Positions 48,720-64,000 of a stretch of 64,000 nt of DNA are shown one piece after another. A program made the translations under genes and the position numbers. The first letter of the stretch is position 1; each line of letters begins with the position of its first letter. The notes beneath the pieces are model-generated. The model did not search any database. It had not been told where the DNA came from and saw nothing but the letters and a program-made list of their open reading frames with translations. This DNA comes from Fistulifera solaris (taxonomy: Eukaryota), in assembly GCA_030295235.1 (NCBI GenBank), contig AP026137.1, positions 248,001 to 312,000 on the forward strand, written 5' to 3'.

Positions 48720-50603
48720 ATGAAATCTCCCGTTCTTTTTTGTGTGCTGGGCACGCTGATCCTATTTGTGACGCTGAATGTCTACCAGACGGCTTCGTGG
48801 ATACCTTATCCTTCAGCGACTTTTACGCGAGAGTCCTTTACGGACTTTGTGTCAAAGGCCGTTGATATTCAGAATAATAAGAAAGGAGAAGTTGAGGAGG
48901 AAGAAGAAGAGGAGAAGCAATTATCTAATGACGTAGAGAAGGGACCGCCAATCGACATTGGTCGACTCAAACATCACGGTTTCGACCATCGGGTCGCCGG
49001 ACTGTCCTGTCCGGCCTATCCGGGCTTGAACGAGGCACACTATCAGCAAGTACAGAAAGAAATTACCTACTGGCGGGATATTCCGGCGGATTCACTTACG
49101 ACGAGTCCCTATCAGTGTGCCGAACAACAACAAACGAAAAAATATTTAACCTTTGAACCCGATGAAGGTGGATGGAACAATATTCGCATTGCCCTCGAAA
49201 CCGTCGTAGCAATGGCCGTCGTCATGGGACGCGTGTTAGTCTTACCACCGTCGCAAGAGTTTCCGCGCATGTCGACACATTTGGGGTATGATGATTTTTA
49301 TCATTTAGCATCGATTCAAAGTGAACTGGCGAGTCTGGAAGTGATTACCTTTCAGGATTTCTTGGAGCGAGAAGTTGTGACGGGTCATATCTTGGCCGAT
49401 CCGGTCACCGGGAAAGCAATACAACCTCCCGGAGGACGCACCGATTGGAATGGATTGTTGAAAAATTACGAATCCGCGAAACAAGGACACGGTTCGACGT
49501 TATGGAATTGGTGGCGAGGCGTAGCGACGCCATTGTTGTGGGATTATGGAGAATGCATTGCGGTTTTTCCGGAACCAACCGGGTCTCGTGAGGATTGTGC
49601 GGAAACGGGAGGATGGCGATATACGACGGAAGAAGATGAAAATCGTGTTCAACGATATTTGATGCAGATCGAGGCCGAAGATGCGGCACGGATGCAAAAA
49701 CGCCCTAACGACAAACGACCTGCGTGGGCGGTGCGTGTCGAGACGTACAACAACCGTCCGACCCCCATTGATGCACCACCCGTCCAACGCATGGGGGAAA
49801 CTTTGGCGCACCGTTCGAAACTATGTATTTACAATCATACACTACAACAAGAGCCGGTGCTACACGCCATGGGAGAACAGATTGGGACCCGATTCCTGGT
49901 CCATTTTTACGCATTCTTGTTCTTGGAGGATTGGCGACATGACGTTTGGCTGAAACGTTTTGTACGGGATCATTTGCGATACGTAGATGAGATCCAATGT
50001 GCGGCCGCCCGAGTCGTGGCCAAATTACACGAATTTGCCCACGACGACCAGAACAATCCGACGGGATCGTACGACACGATGCACGTGCGTCGAGGGGATT
50101 TCATTTCATTTTACAAACAAACGGTTCAATCCGGAGAACAATTGTACGAGGATCATGTCAAACAAGTGATCGCGGAAAATCGTACGATTTACATTGCCAC
50201 GGATGAACAGGATAAGAAATACTTTGAAACGCTAGGGAGACACAACAAGCTGTACTACTTGGATAATTTCAAGGATTTGTTAAAGGACGTGAACCCCAAC
50301 TACTTTGGCATGCTCGATCAACTGATTGCCTCGACCGGCGACGTATTCATCGGAACATTTTACAGCACTTTCTCCGGTTTCATCAACCGTCTGCGTGGTT
50401 ATCGATCACAGAAAGCGCAACTTCCGGGCTACGAACTGGGCGGAATCAAGAGCTATTACACGTTTGGCGACAAAGGTCTTAGTTACGCTCGATCGATGAT
50501 GTTAAACTACCGGAGCGTACGACAAGCCTTCTGGACGAATGAATTCCCAGTCGGTTGGAGGGATCTGGATTACGGATTACACGAGGACAGCATAAAAAGA
50601 TAG
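48720..50603 (+). CDS. GDP-fucose protein O-fucosyltransferase-like protein, copy 1
   Basis: N-terminal TM segment, YLTFEPDEGGWNNIR, MHVRRGDF, IYIATDE and DQLIAS...FIGTFYSTFSGFI. The start could be upstream. Confidence 0.85.
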   Translation: MKSPVLFCVLGTLILFVTLNVYQTASWIPYPSATFTRESFTDFVSKAVDIQNNKKGEVEEEEEEEKQLSNDVEKGPPIDIGRLKHHGFDHRVAGLSCPAYPGLNEAHYQQVQKEITYWRDIPADSLTTSPYQCAEQQQTKKYLTFEPDEGGWNNIRIALETVVAMAVVMGRVLVLPPSQEFPRMSTHLGYDDFYHLASIQSELASLEVITFQDFLEREVVTGHILADPVTGKAIQPPGGRTDWNGLLKNYESAKQGHGSTLWNWWRGVATPLLWDYGECIAVFPEPTGSREDCAETGGWRYTTEEDENRVQRYLMQIEAEDAARMQKRPNDKRPAWAVRVETYNNRPTPIDAPPVQRMGETLAHRSKLCIYNHTLQQEPVLHAMGEQIGTRFLVHFYAFLFLEDWRHDVWLKRFVRDHLRYVDEIQCAAARVVAKLHEFAHDDQNNPTGSYDTMHVRRGDFISFYKQTVQSGEQLYEDHVKQVIAENRTIYIATDEQDKKYFETLGRHNKLYYLDNFKDLLKDVNPNYFGMLDQLIASTGDVFIGTFYSTFSGFINRLRGYRSQKAQLPGYELGGIKSYYTFGDKGLSYARSMMLNYRSVRQAFWTNEFPVGWRDLDYGLHEDSIKR

Positions 50604-50977
50604 TCCACAATTTTTTTAAAGGGAAAAACTTTCGAAATGACCAACTATAGAGCCAGCTCTATTCAATCTAATCTATCGTTGGTTTATTTAATGCGGACAA
50701 TATGGACGTAGAAGTTACAGAATTACAAAGCTATAAAAACGTCCGTAGAGCCCCGACTATAACCTTAGCTGATACGTGACCAGTCGAACAGGTCATGGTG
50801 CGACGTCGAACGTCGAGGCAAGCAAAGCGTGCAAAACAAAAAGTGGACCATGGACTCGCGCATATAATAACAATGACCGGCTACTCATCCTCTATAATAT
50901 TGCATTCTTATATTTGCTGCCATTGATCGAACCTTTATTTCAAATTACTTGGCTTTACTTTAGAAAAACAGAACAGA

Positions 50978-52851
50978 ATGGAAGCAGCTGCGCCGTCAAG
51001 ACGCAAAAGCCACCGAGCATTCGTTGCCATTCTCCTTTCTGTCGTCTTTTCCGTTTCGTACAATTTCTCCAAATTTCGTTCCTGGAAGCCCTTGGAAGAA
51101 GAAAATGGTCTCCATGAATCCCTCGTCACAGAAAACAACAAACCCAAAGTGGCCGGTTTATCGTGTCCCGCATTTCCGTTGCTGGAGCCAAGTCGCTTCG
51201 AAGCCGCTCAACGAGAATTGGTGTACTGGCGAGATATTCCGGACGATTCGCAGCTCGTGAGTCCTTATACATGTTCTGCTGGTCACAACAAAACGCAAAA
51301 ATTCTTAACGTTCGAACCCGACGAAGGAGGATGGAACAATGCCCGCATGGCCGCGGAAACGGCCATTACCATGGCCATTGCCATGGGACGGGTCTTGGTG
51401 TTACCACCCACCACAACCATGTATTTGTTGTGGGAAACCTCCCAATATTCGAAAAAGACGCATTTTGGGTTCATGGACTTTTTCCCGCTCGAATTGTTGC
51501 AAGAGGAATTGGCCGGATTGGAAATTATGACCTTTCAGGAATTTTTAGAACAAGAAGTTTTGAAAGGTCATGTCTTGGCCGATCCGCACACCGGAGAACC
51601 CTTGCAACCACCGGGTGGCAAGACGAAATGGGATGGAAGTCTCAACAATTGGGAATCGGGTCGACAAGGCAATGGACAAGCGTTATGGCAATGGTGGAGA
51701 AGTGTCGCCACGCCTTTGCCGTGGAAGTATTACGAATGCACGGCCGTCTTTCCGACACCCAGTCAACAATGCGACGACCAAACGCCGTGGAATGCGGTCA
51801 CGGAAGCCGATGAACAACGGATGCGAGATTATATGAAACAGATTCTGCAACAGGAACCCGACGGCTCGCCGCAACCCCGCATCCGTTCGTATGACGGGAA
51901 TCCTACCGCGGTGGATGCCTCCCCACTCGACCGCCTTTCCGAAATGGTGGCCGATCGACGTCAACTGTGCATCTACGATCGAACCTTGCAAGAAGCACCC
52001 GTCTTGCATGCCATGGGGCAACAATCGGAAAGTACGACGCGGTTTTTGGTCCATTTCTATGCGTTTGTGTTTCTGGAAGATTGGCGACACGATATTTGGT
52101 TGAAGCGACTGGTCCGCGATCATTTGAGGTTCGTTTCGTGTTGGTGCTGGCAGTCACTCTGGTGTTTCGATACTCGTTTGTAGCTCATTTTCAACTGTGT
52201 TCCTCTCTCCTTGTTTGCAGATACGTCGACGAAATACAGTGCGCCGCCAGTCGTATTGTGGCGGCTTTGCATGAAAAAGCATATAATGCGGAAACGAATC
52301 CGGAGGGATTGTACCATTCGATGCACGTACGACGTGGCGACTTTCAACGGGCCTACGTGCAAGTTGTCATTCCCGGTGAAGTGTTGTACGAGGAACATGT
52401 GAAAGATGTGTTTGAAGAAAGGAGCACCATTTACATTGCGACAGATGAGAAAGATGCTGCCTACTTTGCTCCGTTGGCACAACACTACAATCTATTCTTC
52501 ATGAGAGATTTTATGCATCTTTTGGAAGATGTGAACCCGAATTATTTTGGAATGATCGATCAGGTTGTAGCATCCACCGGGCAAATTTTCATCGGGACGT
52601 TTCTAAGTACCTTCAGTGGATACATCAACCGATTGCGCGGATATCGTACACGGAAAAGCAATCCAAAGGAAATTACAACAGGCAACTTGAAAAGTTTTTA
52701 TTATTACGGTATACCAGACTATGCCGACAAGAAGAAACTCATGCAAAGGTATCACAGCGTAGAACAAGCATTTTGGACACACGAATTCCCCGTCGGCTGG
52801 CGTGATCTAGATCATGGCGTGACAAATGCATTGGATAGGCGACGGATATAG
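50978..52851 (+). CDS. GDP-fucose protein O-fucosyltransferase-like protein, copy 2
   Basis: Same motifs as copy 1; intron 52129-52220 within DHLR|YVDE. Confidence 0.85.
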
Positions 52852-52927
52852 ACTCGCTGTTCTAGCATGAACTGTTGTTAAATAAGTAATGTTAGCTTTA
52901 TTAATACAAATCTTGAAGATCGGTCGT

Positions 52928-54932
52928 TTACGTTAGACCGTAAGCCATCGCGGCAGCTCGAACAGTTGCCGATGCCACCAGCAGATTCGGATCATTCAGC
53001 CACCCTATTGGTTGAAGTGCATTCCAAACTTCCGCAAACATTTCGGTCGGTGATGCCGAAAAGCGAGGTTGCTCAAATGGTTTGATTGCCGAAAGGAGCA
53101 ACAGAAATTTGTTCCCTATGAAATCAAGAATAAATTCTCCAAACAAGTGATCGACTTGCAAAAGTGGAGCCCATAGCGTCAAAACATTTGTCAGTATTGT
53201 CTTGGTTCTGTGAAGCTGCCCAATCGTAGCGTACTGCATAGCCATATTTTCTGCGCCCGCGTCCATTTGACTCTTCGAAGCATGTTGTTCCTGAGCATTG
53301 GAAGAAGGGATCGGAATAGCGATTCGAGCCAAGAACATCCGAATATAGTCGACAAAGGACGTCTTCAGTGCGGCTCCCACTGCACTTTGGGGGTGATAAA
53401 AAGGGCTCTACGTGTCGAAGAAATGCACTCATAACTTTCACATCTTTCGTCGAGCAGATGTTAAAGCCTTCTTTGGAGAGTAAACTTTGAACTGCTGGAA
53501 GGACACTCTTATCCAGCAAGCGCTCAATAGCCACCTCGTCTAAAAGTCCTAAAGACTGCGCGGATCGGATCACAGTTGTCCATTTTGCTTCATTATATCC
53601 CTCGGATTCATTCCAAGGATCATTTAATTCACAAAGCTCAGCACGTACTAGAACGCTGGCAAGGTCAGCTAGGCTCAGACCAGCATAACACTGCTTGTAT
53701 TCGGCTGCATAATCCTGTTTCCAAACGGCGAAGTCATCCACCAGCCATTGCAACTTTGTAAAGCGTTCATCCAAACTTTCCAAAGCCACCGAAAGCGCTT
53801 CTTGTAGTGCTGAATGTCTTTCCCGAAGTTCTTCTTGTTCATTGTCACTCAGAAGAGCAGCGAAATCGTCCCCTCGTGGAATTTGTTGACGCTGTTCCGC
53901 TATTATTTGCAAATGCTTCATTCGTTTTTCTCGTTGCAGCGATTGTTGCGATTGAACATTGCGTCCAAATTCATCCACATGAGGCAAGTCCGCAAGCGGC
54001 TCTGTGTCGACCGGTTGACGCCCCAAGACTTTCATTAAACGACCCTGTTTCTTCAAGTAATAGGTCATGTCATCTTCCAAATCATGCCATCGTTCGAGTG
54101 CCGCCACATCCGCCTGCAATTGATACAACGCATCCTGGATCGGCAATACTTTGGTTTGCAATTCCCGCAATGCCCCAATCCACAAGGCCAGTTTCTGACG
54201 CAATTGTTGAAAGTATTCAAAGGCGGCCCCGGAACGTTCGAGTTCCTCTCGGGAACGACGCAAATCTTCTTCTAGTAGTTGAACTTGCTGTTCCCGCCGT
54301 TCCCGGGTTTGACGGACATCCTCTTGTTGTGCACGAATTTGCGAAATGGCATTCGAAATATTGTCTTGTAAATGTTGGAGTGACACGCTGGAAGGTGACA
54401 CGACGGTGGGTGGTGGTGGTGGCACGGAAATCCCCGCGCGCCGTGCAATTTCCTTCTCCCAATCTTGCACATCAGCACTGTCCATATTGAAGTCGCCGTC
54501 GACTTCCACATCATTAGTGTTCTCATGATTTTCCAAGAAGAAGGCTTCTTCGCCGGTCAAGATGCGAGTGTTGGATGATTCGTTGGGCTCTTGGAGTGAG
54601 ATAAACTCCTCCTCCTCCTCCTCCTCCTCCTCTTTCGTTGATTGTGGTGCCGTTGTCTCCTCCTCGGGTCGTTGGTATATAGTTTGTTCCGCTTTTAATT
54701 GAGCCATGGCATCCTTACTGTATAGAGACGACGTTTGTGCTGGAAGGGCAAGCGACTCCTCGACTGCCGGTTCATCGTCTTCCTCCACACGAACGTCCCG
54801 TACCACCGTTCGTCTCTTTTTCAGTTTTCGATCCATTTTATGAAGAACTACAGTCTCCTCTTCTTCCTCGTCATCGTCCAGAGGACGAGAAAGACGATTT
54901 TGTATCTTGGGTTTGATGGGTTTCCGGAACAT
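52928..54932 (-). CDS. GCFC/PAXBP1 (Ntr2-like) spliceosome disassembly factor
   Basis: YSKDAMAQLK, DWEKE, coiled coil, DEFGRN and FAVWKQDYAAEYKQCYAGLSL; frameshift near 53390. Confidence 0.75.
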
Positions 54933-55438
54933 GATGAATTATTGTATGTATGAGAATTATTGTTTGTGTTTGTCAAAACAATAAAACTGGGATGGTTGTG
55001 ATGAATCTTCTTTGTTTATGAATGTGGGGTGTCTTCCTTCATTATTCTTTCACAAAAAATGGGACGAAGGATATGAATGGAATGCGAAGTCTTGGGTGGC
55101 AGCAGTTCTCATTCATCAACAACAATAACATCATCATGCATCTCATTCATTTTATTTGCGCCGCGCGCGACGGACTGTTCGTGCCGCAGAGGAGTCACGC
55201 CATGAATGGCAATCACGAATGAAACAAAATTGTCCGTCCGTCCATCCATCCGTGCCGCTCATTCACGAATGAAAACGTTCCGGGACTCCTTTCATTCCAT
55301 GCTCTTCGCTGACTTTCTTTCCGTATGAGCCACGCAACGAACCATGGTGATATACATTGTTGATTTTATTGCAATCGTATTTCTTCCGGTTACATAAATA
55401 ATTCATTGTTTTTTATTTCATTAGTTGAAGTTGCAAAC

Positions 55439-58084
<2,646 letters not shown>

Positions 58085-58219
58085 ATACTAGGCTCTTTGA
58101 AAACAAGATGTGCGACCTGCATCTTCTCATAGTTGTCATTAGACCTGAAATTCTAATAAAAACTGATTGATGATTATACTTGACTCTTTACAAATCATAC
58201 ATAAAATTCTATCGGCCAG

Positions 58220-60439
58220 CTAGTTGCCAATGAACTTCAATTCATACAAAGGACTCGGGCAAGGCCGGCCGTTCTGGCCAGCCACCATAGCTAATCGGAG
58301 ATCAATAGCATCCAAGGCACCTGGCCACACTTCCCTCCATGCATTTCTCATTTCTCGGCTCAAATCAGGATGATTCTGTTCAAAGTCAACTGGGCTTGCG
58401 GCAAAGCAAACGATGACCGTGTTGACAGAACTACTAATGACACCAAAAAGAACACTAGTCAGAACTAGCCCGATTATGCAACCTTCCACAAACGACACGA
58501 GCCCTGGCTCCTCCAAAGACGTCACATGCAATCGATCCAATTGGGAGATTAAATGTGCGAAGCATCCCGTTACACCACCGATCACAATGCTGACGATGAG
58601 AAGAATGTTGGGCACGAGATCATCCGATACAATGACTGTCCAACCCCGCTTATCAAATAGCACGGATGCGTTGTAGCTCGCATCCAAGAATCCATATCCG
58701 TAGAGTCCAACGTATGTAAAACCCCACGAACTAAAGTTTGAAGCAATCTCATCAATGCAGGATGTCAACAGCGATCGAAAGCAATGCAAACATTCGTGGA
58801 GGAACAGGAGGGAGTCATCCGCAGCAGACGGTCGGATAAACCCAGAAAGTTGGCGTAAGACACGCACTGGGCCAACAAATAAGCTTCCAAAGCAAATTGA
58901 GCCCATGTGGTAGAAAAAGGTCTTGAAGCAAGATTGTCGAACATGGTGAGGATTTGTCGGGTCGTACCACCATCCTCCAATAACTGCTGCCGTTGCGGTT
59001 TGCACCGAATTCTGCAATGGTTGTTATTAGTGTACGTCAGTTGAAAAAACATGTTGAAAATACATGAACTTACCAGCAACACTTGAAAGGTCCAATAGTA
59101 TGAAATACCCAATAGCGCATAAACGATAAAGTGGGCCTTCGAAGGGATGGCGATTTTGCCTTCTTTCAAAGCGTCGTATACGCCAAAGACCACAATCGAA
59201 TAATAAACCGAATACACCAGAGCCAGTCCCTGAAAACAAAAGGCGACCACGATCGTTCCAGGATACGCATGGACTCCCCGCAATGCAGCGATCAAGTTGG
59301 CCGAGGCAAATGGAATCCGATCCCAAACGATAAAGGTGTAGGCGACCGTGAGCGCCAAAACGATCACACCCGTCACCGGTACCGCTGTTTTGGGACTGAC
59401 GTAGATCCCTACGGTCCCCCACAGAAAGCTGAGCCCCAACACCGTGACGAGTGCGATTTGCACAAAGAAGCGGGCAAACAGCGTCATCACACCCAACATC
59501 AAAGAGGACAAAGCCACGGTAAATGGTCCACAGAGCATCGCAATGAACACCAAGTTTTGGTAATAAATCGTGACGGTATCTCCCTCGGACAGACTGCTGT
59601 CAATCGGTTCGTGTTGTTGGACCGTGGTGGTGTTACCAAACAGGTTGGTCGGCGTCAGTGCGGCATGCCGTGCCGCTCGCAGCGTCTCCTTGCCGTACAG
59701 CGAGCCGACGTGGAATACCATCAACAAATGAAAGACAAACAGCAGTAAAAGAACCCATCCCGACAGGCGGACGGTTGCGGTATTCCCTTGACATCTTCCA
59801 CCCATAATTGCGCCGTATGTTCTCGCAACAGGCGTTTCCGTTCCGATTCGGGATGCTGCTTCTTGGTGGCCAAAAGACGGCCTCTCCCTTGTCCTGCGAC
59901 AATTGTGGTGACAGTCGCCACGATTTGCGGGTTTCCATATTCGGAGAGACGGAAGAGCGGCGTCGCTCTCCACGGAGTCCGCCCGCCAGTGTCAAGAAAT
60001 CATGGCGCGGCGAAAATCCGGGTTGTTTCGTGGCCTGATCGAACGAACCTCGTCGTTCCGAATCTCCTCGTTCCGACGACCAACACGCCCCGTATTCTCC
60101 CGACGACAACGTCCGACGATGTTGATTGTTGTTTGGGTGCAGCAATTGTCGCTCGGAAGTATACTGGCGTTGCAACGTTAGGAGCGGATTTTCCGCCGGA
60201 CGAGGCGGTGCCGGAGGACGGGCATAATGCCCACCGGACCACGAATGTGTGCGATGATGATGGGTCAGAGGTTTCTGTTGCGGAGGAAAGTAACTCGGTT
60301 TCGGAGCCGACGCCGCATGAACCTCAGTTTGACTGGAAACGACGCGGGGTATATCATCACTGTTGGTTCTGGATCTTGACGACTTGCGTCTCTCTTGCGT
60401 CCGTGGAATCGAAATGGGTTGTGTATTGTTAATCGTCAT
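58220..60439 (-). CDS. Choline transporter-like (CTL/SLC44/PNS1) membrane protein
   Basis: WDRIPFAS, GSICFGSL, FTYVGLYGYGF and SSVNTVIVCFA; intron about 59012-59071; frameshifts in the disordered N-terminus. Confidence 0.85.
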
Positions 60440-61506
60440 GAATTTCTGAGACCGTCAAGAAAAGATCCGTGATGATTACTTTCGAACAATAATGTAGGTG
60501 TGCGTGTTGATTGCAAACAACAAGATCTTTTGACGGTGTCCCAAATTGGGAAGATTCGATTGCTAAATGAATGAATAACTAACTAAAGTCTCCTCGTCGT
60601 CAGCACTTCCTTATGAATGCTGACCTCTCTATTCAATAATGGAACTGTCGTGTGCAAAAGGAACAATTGTTATAAACAAGAACAGATGGAATACATCACG
60701 GAACGAAAGTGTCACGATGAAAACGTTTTGATTTTTTTCGATATTTGATGTTTCTTTCTTTCTCAACGCTCGTCGTGTCGAACTCAAATGCTTCTGCGAC
60801 AAGATCATCGAATTCGAAGGACGAGGTTTTGTCATTGGGTTGGCCCGGCGTGCGGACAATCATTAGGAAGCCAAAACGGGACATCCATACAGTAGAGTAC
60901 CGACGACTTTGGTTTGAATGGAGTGAAAATTCGGGTGGCCTTTGCCCAGCGGTTATGTGATGCCACGAACGGATTTTACTTCCGTTGATAAACCGTAAAG
61001 AGTACGACCAAGACTTACTGCTCATTAGATGTAAAACGTGAGCCGAATTTTTGGTCCGCCGGTCCGATTGGCTATACGATCATTGTGTAAGCAGGAAACG
61101 AGAAGCTCCTATGTAATGGTATTTGAATGTTCGTTCGGTCACGCCAGTATTCTGGCCACTCGTCTCCGCCCTTTTTGTTGGCCACGATGCCTCGACGACA
61201 CAACGTGCACCTCACCCAACTTTTGGCCGTTCGTTATTATTTCGAATAATAATCAACCAAAGACCACCTTCGTTCGTATCTTTTGCGTTTCTCTGTGACA
61301 AGAGAGGCTTTTCCTTGAGCGTGCATCAAGAATACCGCAGAAGCAATTTCCCACTGGAGTAACTCTTCCCTTCCTCCTCCAAAACAGCGACGGAATTCAC
61401 CCAACATTGAATGCTCATCTGACTCTAGTCTTTTACAGAGAGTTTTATTTCACATCAATACACGCCAATTCGCTACTATTTCAATTCCTCAATATCCCGT
61501 CGAATC

Positions 61507-62373
61507 ATGAACGATTCATCATCCAATCAAAAAAGTCCTTTGCCCGGAAATCCGCTCACGGCCGCTCGGGAACGATTTCAAACGTCCGCTCGGGAACTGG
61601 TGCGGACCCTCGAAGACGGGAGGCTGCGAGAAGGTGCGGCTTCCATGGAACAGGCCTTTCGTGTCTTGTTCCGGTCGTGTACAGGAGAAGGCACCACACA
61701 GGAAGAACCGGCGGACCTGCAATTTCAAACCATTACGCCGACCACTGTTATTTCTCAAAAGAAGAATAATATTGTGACTCCCCCCACTGCATCGACAGAT
61801 CCATCTCCACGCGGCACTTCGAGACGCACGAGTCGTAGTAATAGCAGTCCCTCCCATCATCGAGGCGAAGACATTTATGCGCAATTGTTTCAGGATGAAC
61901 AACGCACACCGGAACCTCGATTACTCTCGAAACCCTTTCCCCACTCCACACCCCGACGTTCGAGTTCGGCACCTTCCCAAGAATTGCACGTTCCCGCCAG
62001 TTTGACGTTCGATGATGCCATTTCCGCCATTTCCGCGCATACCCTCGAAGCCATGGTCGATCATCCGTGGCAACAACAGCCGTTGGTGCGCGTACGGAGT
62101 TCGGGCAATGATAGTAAATTCTCCAAGGGAAACAACAGTCGTCAAAGTAAAACGACACACACCACCGCGTCGACGGGTTCCAGCTTTGAGGTATGGCAGG
62201 CCCACGAACAGAAATTTTGGGATGATATGGTCCATCAAGATCGGCATCCTCATGATACTACAGTCTTGGACGATAGTTCTTTTGGAAGACCCATCATTGT
62301 CCGAGAAGATATCAGTTATCTTCTCCCGGGGACCGAAGAAGATTACCTTCACGCCGATATGGGTGAAATCTAA
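61507..62373 (+). CDS. Hypothetical Ser/Thr-rich protein
   Basis: Intact 288-aa ORF with a SLTFDDAISAISAHTLEAM block; no recognisable domain. Confidence 0.6.
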   Translation: MNDSSSNQKSPLPGNPLTAARERFQTSARELVRTLEDGRLREGAASMEQAFRVLFRSCTGEGTTQEEPADLQFQTITPTTVISQKKNNIVTPPTASTDPSPRGTSRRTSRSNSSPSHHRGEDIYAQLFQDEQRTPEPRLLSKPFPHSTPRRSSSAPSQELHVPASLTFDDAISAISAHTLEAMVDHPWQQQPLVRVRSSGNDSKFSKGNNSRQSKTTHTTASTGSSFEVWQAHEQKFWDDMVHQDRHPHDTTVLDDSSFGRPIIVREDISYLLPGTEEDYLHADMGEI

Positions 62374-62689
62374 GTACGAGAGCGTATCTGGTTTCCACAA
62401 AATGCAGCAGTAACTGTGATTAAGCTTACCAAACGTCTTGTATTCATTGCTTTTCGTAGAGCTAACAGTCCTGCAATGGAATCGTTTGGCGAGAAGGAAC
62501 CTCACAATACATAGGCACTACACCAAAATACCGAAATCATGCGTTGCAAGAAAGATATATACGTTATTCACGATGATTACTATTAGAATGGTGCTTGTCT
62601 TTTTTAGGACAAAACGCTGGACTGATGAACCGATGATACAATGACTACTTTGGACAAGGGACACTTCGAAACCTATCACTTGAAGTGTG

Positions 62690-63921
62690 TCATAGATGAG
62701 AGCTGCGGTGCGTGTGGATCCCCTGCACAATCTCTTCCACCGAACGTCCGCGGAAGGCGATATCATGAATGGTACTCATGAGGGGAAACTGCTGCAATAG
62801 ACTGCGCGATTCGAGCAGCGCATAGACTTCTTTCGCGGTCGGTGTTCCTTGCAGTTTCTGACCATTCAACAGGTTGCGTTCAATCATCTCCCACGACCTT
62901 TCACATTCGCTGCAAGAAGACGACCTGATAATATCATCATTACCATCTTTAGGACTGGCGGCTGGGGAGGCCTGCAAACGCTCTTTGCAAAAGCTTCCGC
63001 GCATTTTCGATTGCGCCCACCGTAGCACGTCGTAATCAAATCAGCCATGCCACAACTTTCGGTAAAGGTCCGATCTTGTACGCCATCAAAGAACATGTGA
63101 CAAAATTGTGCCATTTCCCGCAGACCGACCCGCAACAAGGCCGCCTTGGTATTACTCCCCAATCCGACCCCATCGACAAAGCCGGCCCCCAAGGCAATGA
63201 CATTTTTGAGTGCGCCACACACTTCGGCGCCCGCCACATCGGGAACATGGTTCACGCGGAAGGTGGGCGTATCAAACACCAAACGCGTCAATTCATCGGC
63301 CGGTGGACCAAAGTCGGACGCCAAGGTGGATTCACACATTTGTCCCAACGCCACTTCGTTGGCCACGTTGGCCCCCATGAGGACGCCGCACGAGAAATGG
63401 GGACCCATGGCGTCCGCAATCGACTGGGAAATGAGGACGGGTAATTTGGTTTGGGCATCAAAGTCTATATATAATGAAGATATATAATAAAGAAGGATGA
63501 GCATTCGAATGTAGTTGTGACTCTAATAACACAACACACACTCGAAAAACGTACCAAGACCTTTGATGAGACTGACGCCCCGACAATTGGGATGCGCCGC
63601 TTGCCGAATCGTCGGAAGCAATCGCGGCAAAAACTGATGTGGCAACACAAAGATCAAAAGAGTCGCACCCTGACAGGCGTCTTCCAAGGAGGGCACGGCG
63701 ACGACGTTGGTCGGCAAATGAATGCCGGGCAAGTATTTGATGTTTTCGTGATGTGTGTTGATATAATCGGTGAGTTTGACTTTGTTACCGAGCTGGTCTT
63801 CGATGATTTCTTCAAAGACCCACATGTTGACATCGTCTTCATAAAACGCAAGACGTTGACAGTTTCTTCCGACAATGTTGGCAATGGCGGATCCCCAATT
63901 GCCACTTCCAATGATGCAGAC
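62690..63921 (-). CDS. GPD1: NAD+-dependent glycerol-3-phosphate dehydrogenase; first exon beyond the window end
   Basis: [35 protein letters not shown] and [13 protein letters not shown]; intron about 63464-63552; frameshift near 62985. Confidence 0.95.
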
Positions 63922-64000
63922 CTATTCGAGAAAGTAGGAGCAAACGCAGCATTGAGTGATTGTAAGACGAGAAAGACTTAACAATGACAACCGTACGTAC

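Noticed and set aside
55205..55300. Repeated CACGAATGAAA upstream of CDC48
   Set aside because: Two short copies in a divergent promoter; too little to assign a function.
60629..61400. Short ORFs between the choline transporter and the hypothetical gene
   Set aside because: No recognisable motifs or coherent exon structure.

Overview
Eukaryotic genomic DNA, most likely from a diatom (short GT-AG introns, compact intergenic spacing, diatom-type Copia elements, bipartite-looking targeting peptides); the taxon is an inference. The assembly has many 1-nt indels that also break essential genes (CDC48, VPS45, GPD1, SEC24), so frameshifts alone do not show pseudogenisation. From about 44.8 to 64 kb the window is ordinary housekeeping sequence: VPS45, two tandem O-fucosyltransferase-like genes, a GCFC/PAXBP1-like gene, CDC48, a choline-transporter-like gene and GPD1. 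From 3.6 to 44.4 kb it is an unstable, duplicated cluster. Four paralogs of the APC/C coactivator Cdc20/Fizzy are interleaved with seven copies, in three subfamilies, of an uncharacterised protein family. That family carries an RVxF-type PP1-docking motif (plus an upstream SILK-like motif in one subfamily) and a conserved EExxFFRxHLGELxHPAxF domain. The family-gene-to-Cdc20 unit was duplicated as a cassette, the Cdc20 promoters and N-termini are homogenised while the WD40 propellers diverge, and the family genes share a CAG-rich upstream motif. Four transposons sit in the cluster: a full-length Copia, a truncated Copia inserted inside a Cdc20 start codon, a non-autonomous Helitron and a CAC...GTG TIR element. 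The last two are confirmed by an empty paralogous site in the same window. An Mx-like dynamin, a PHT1-type phosphate transporter, ERV1, a PNPOx-like gene and an FSH1-type hydrolase are embedded in the cluster.
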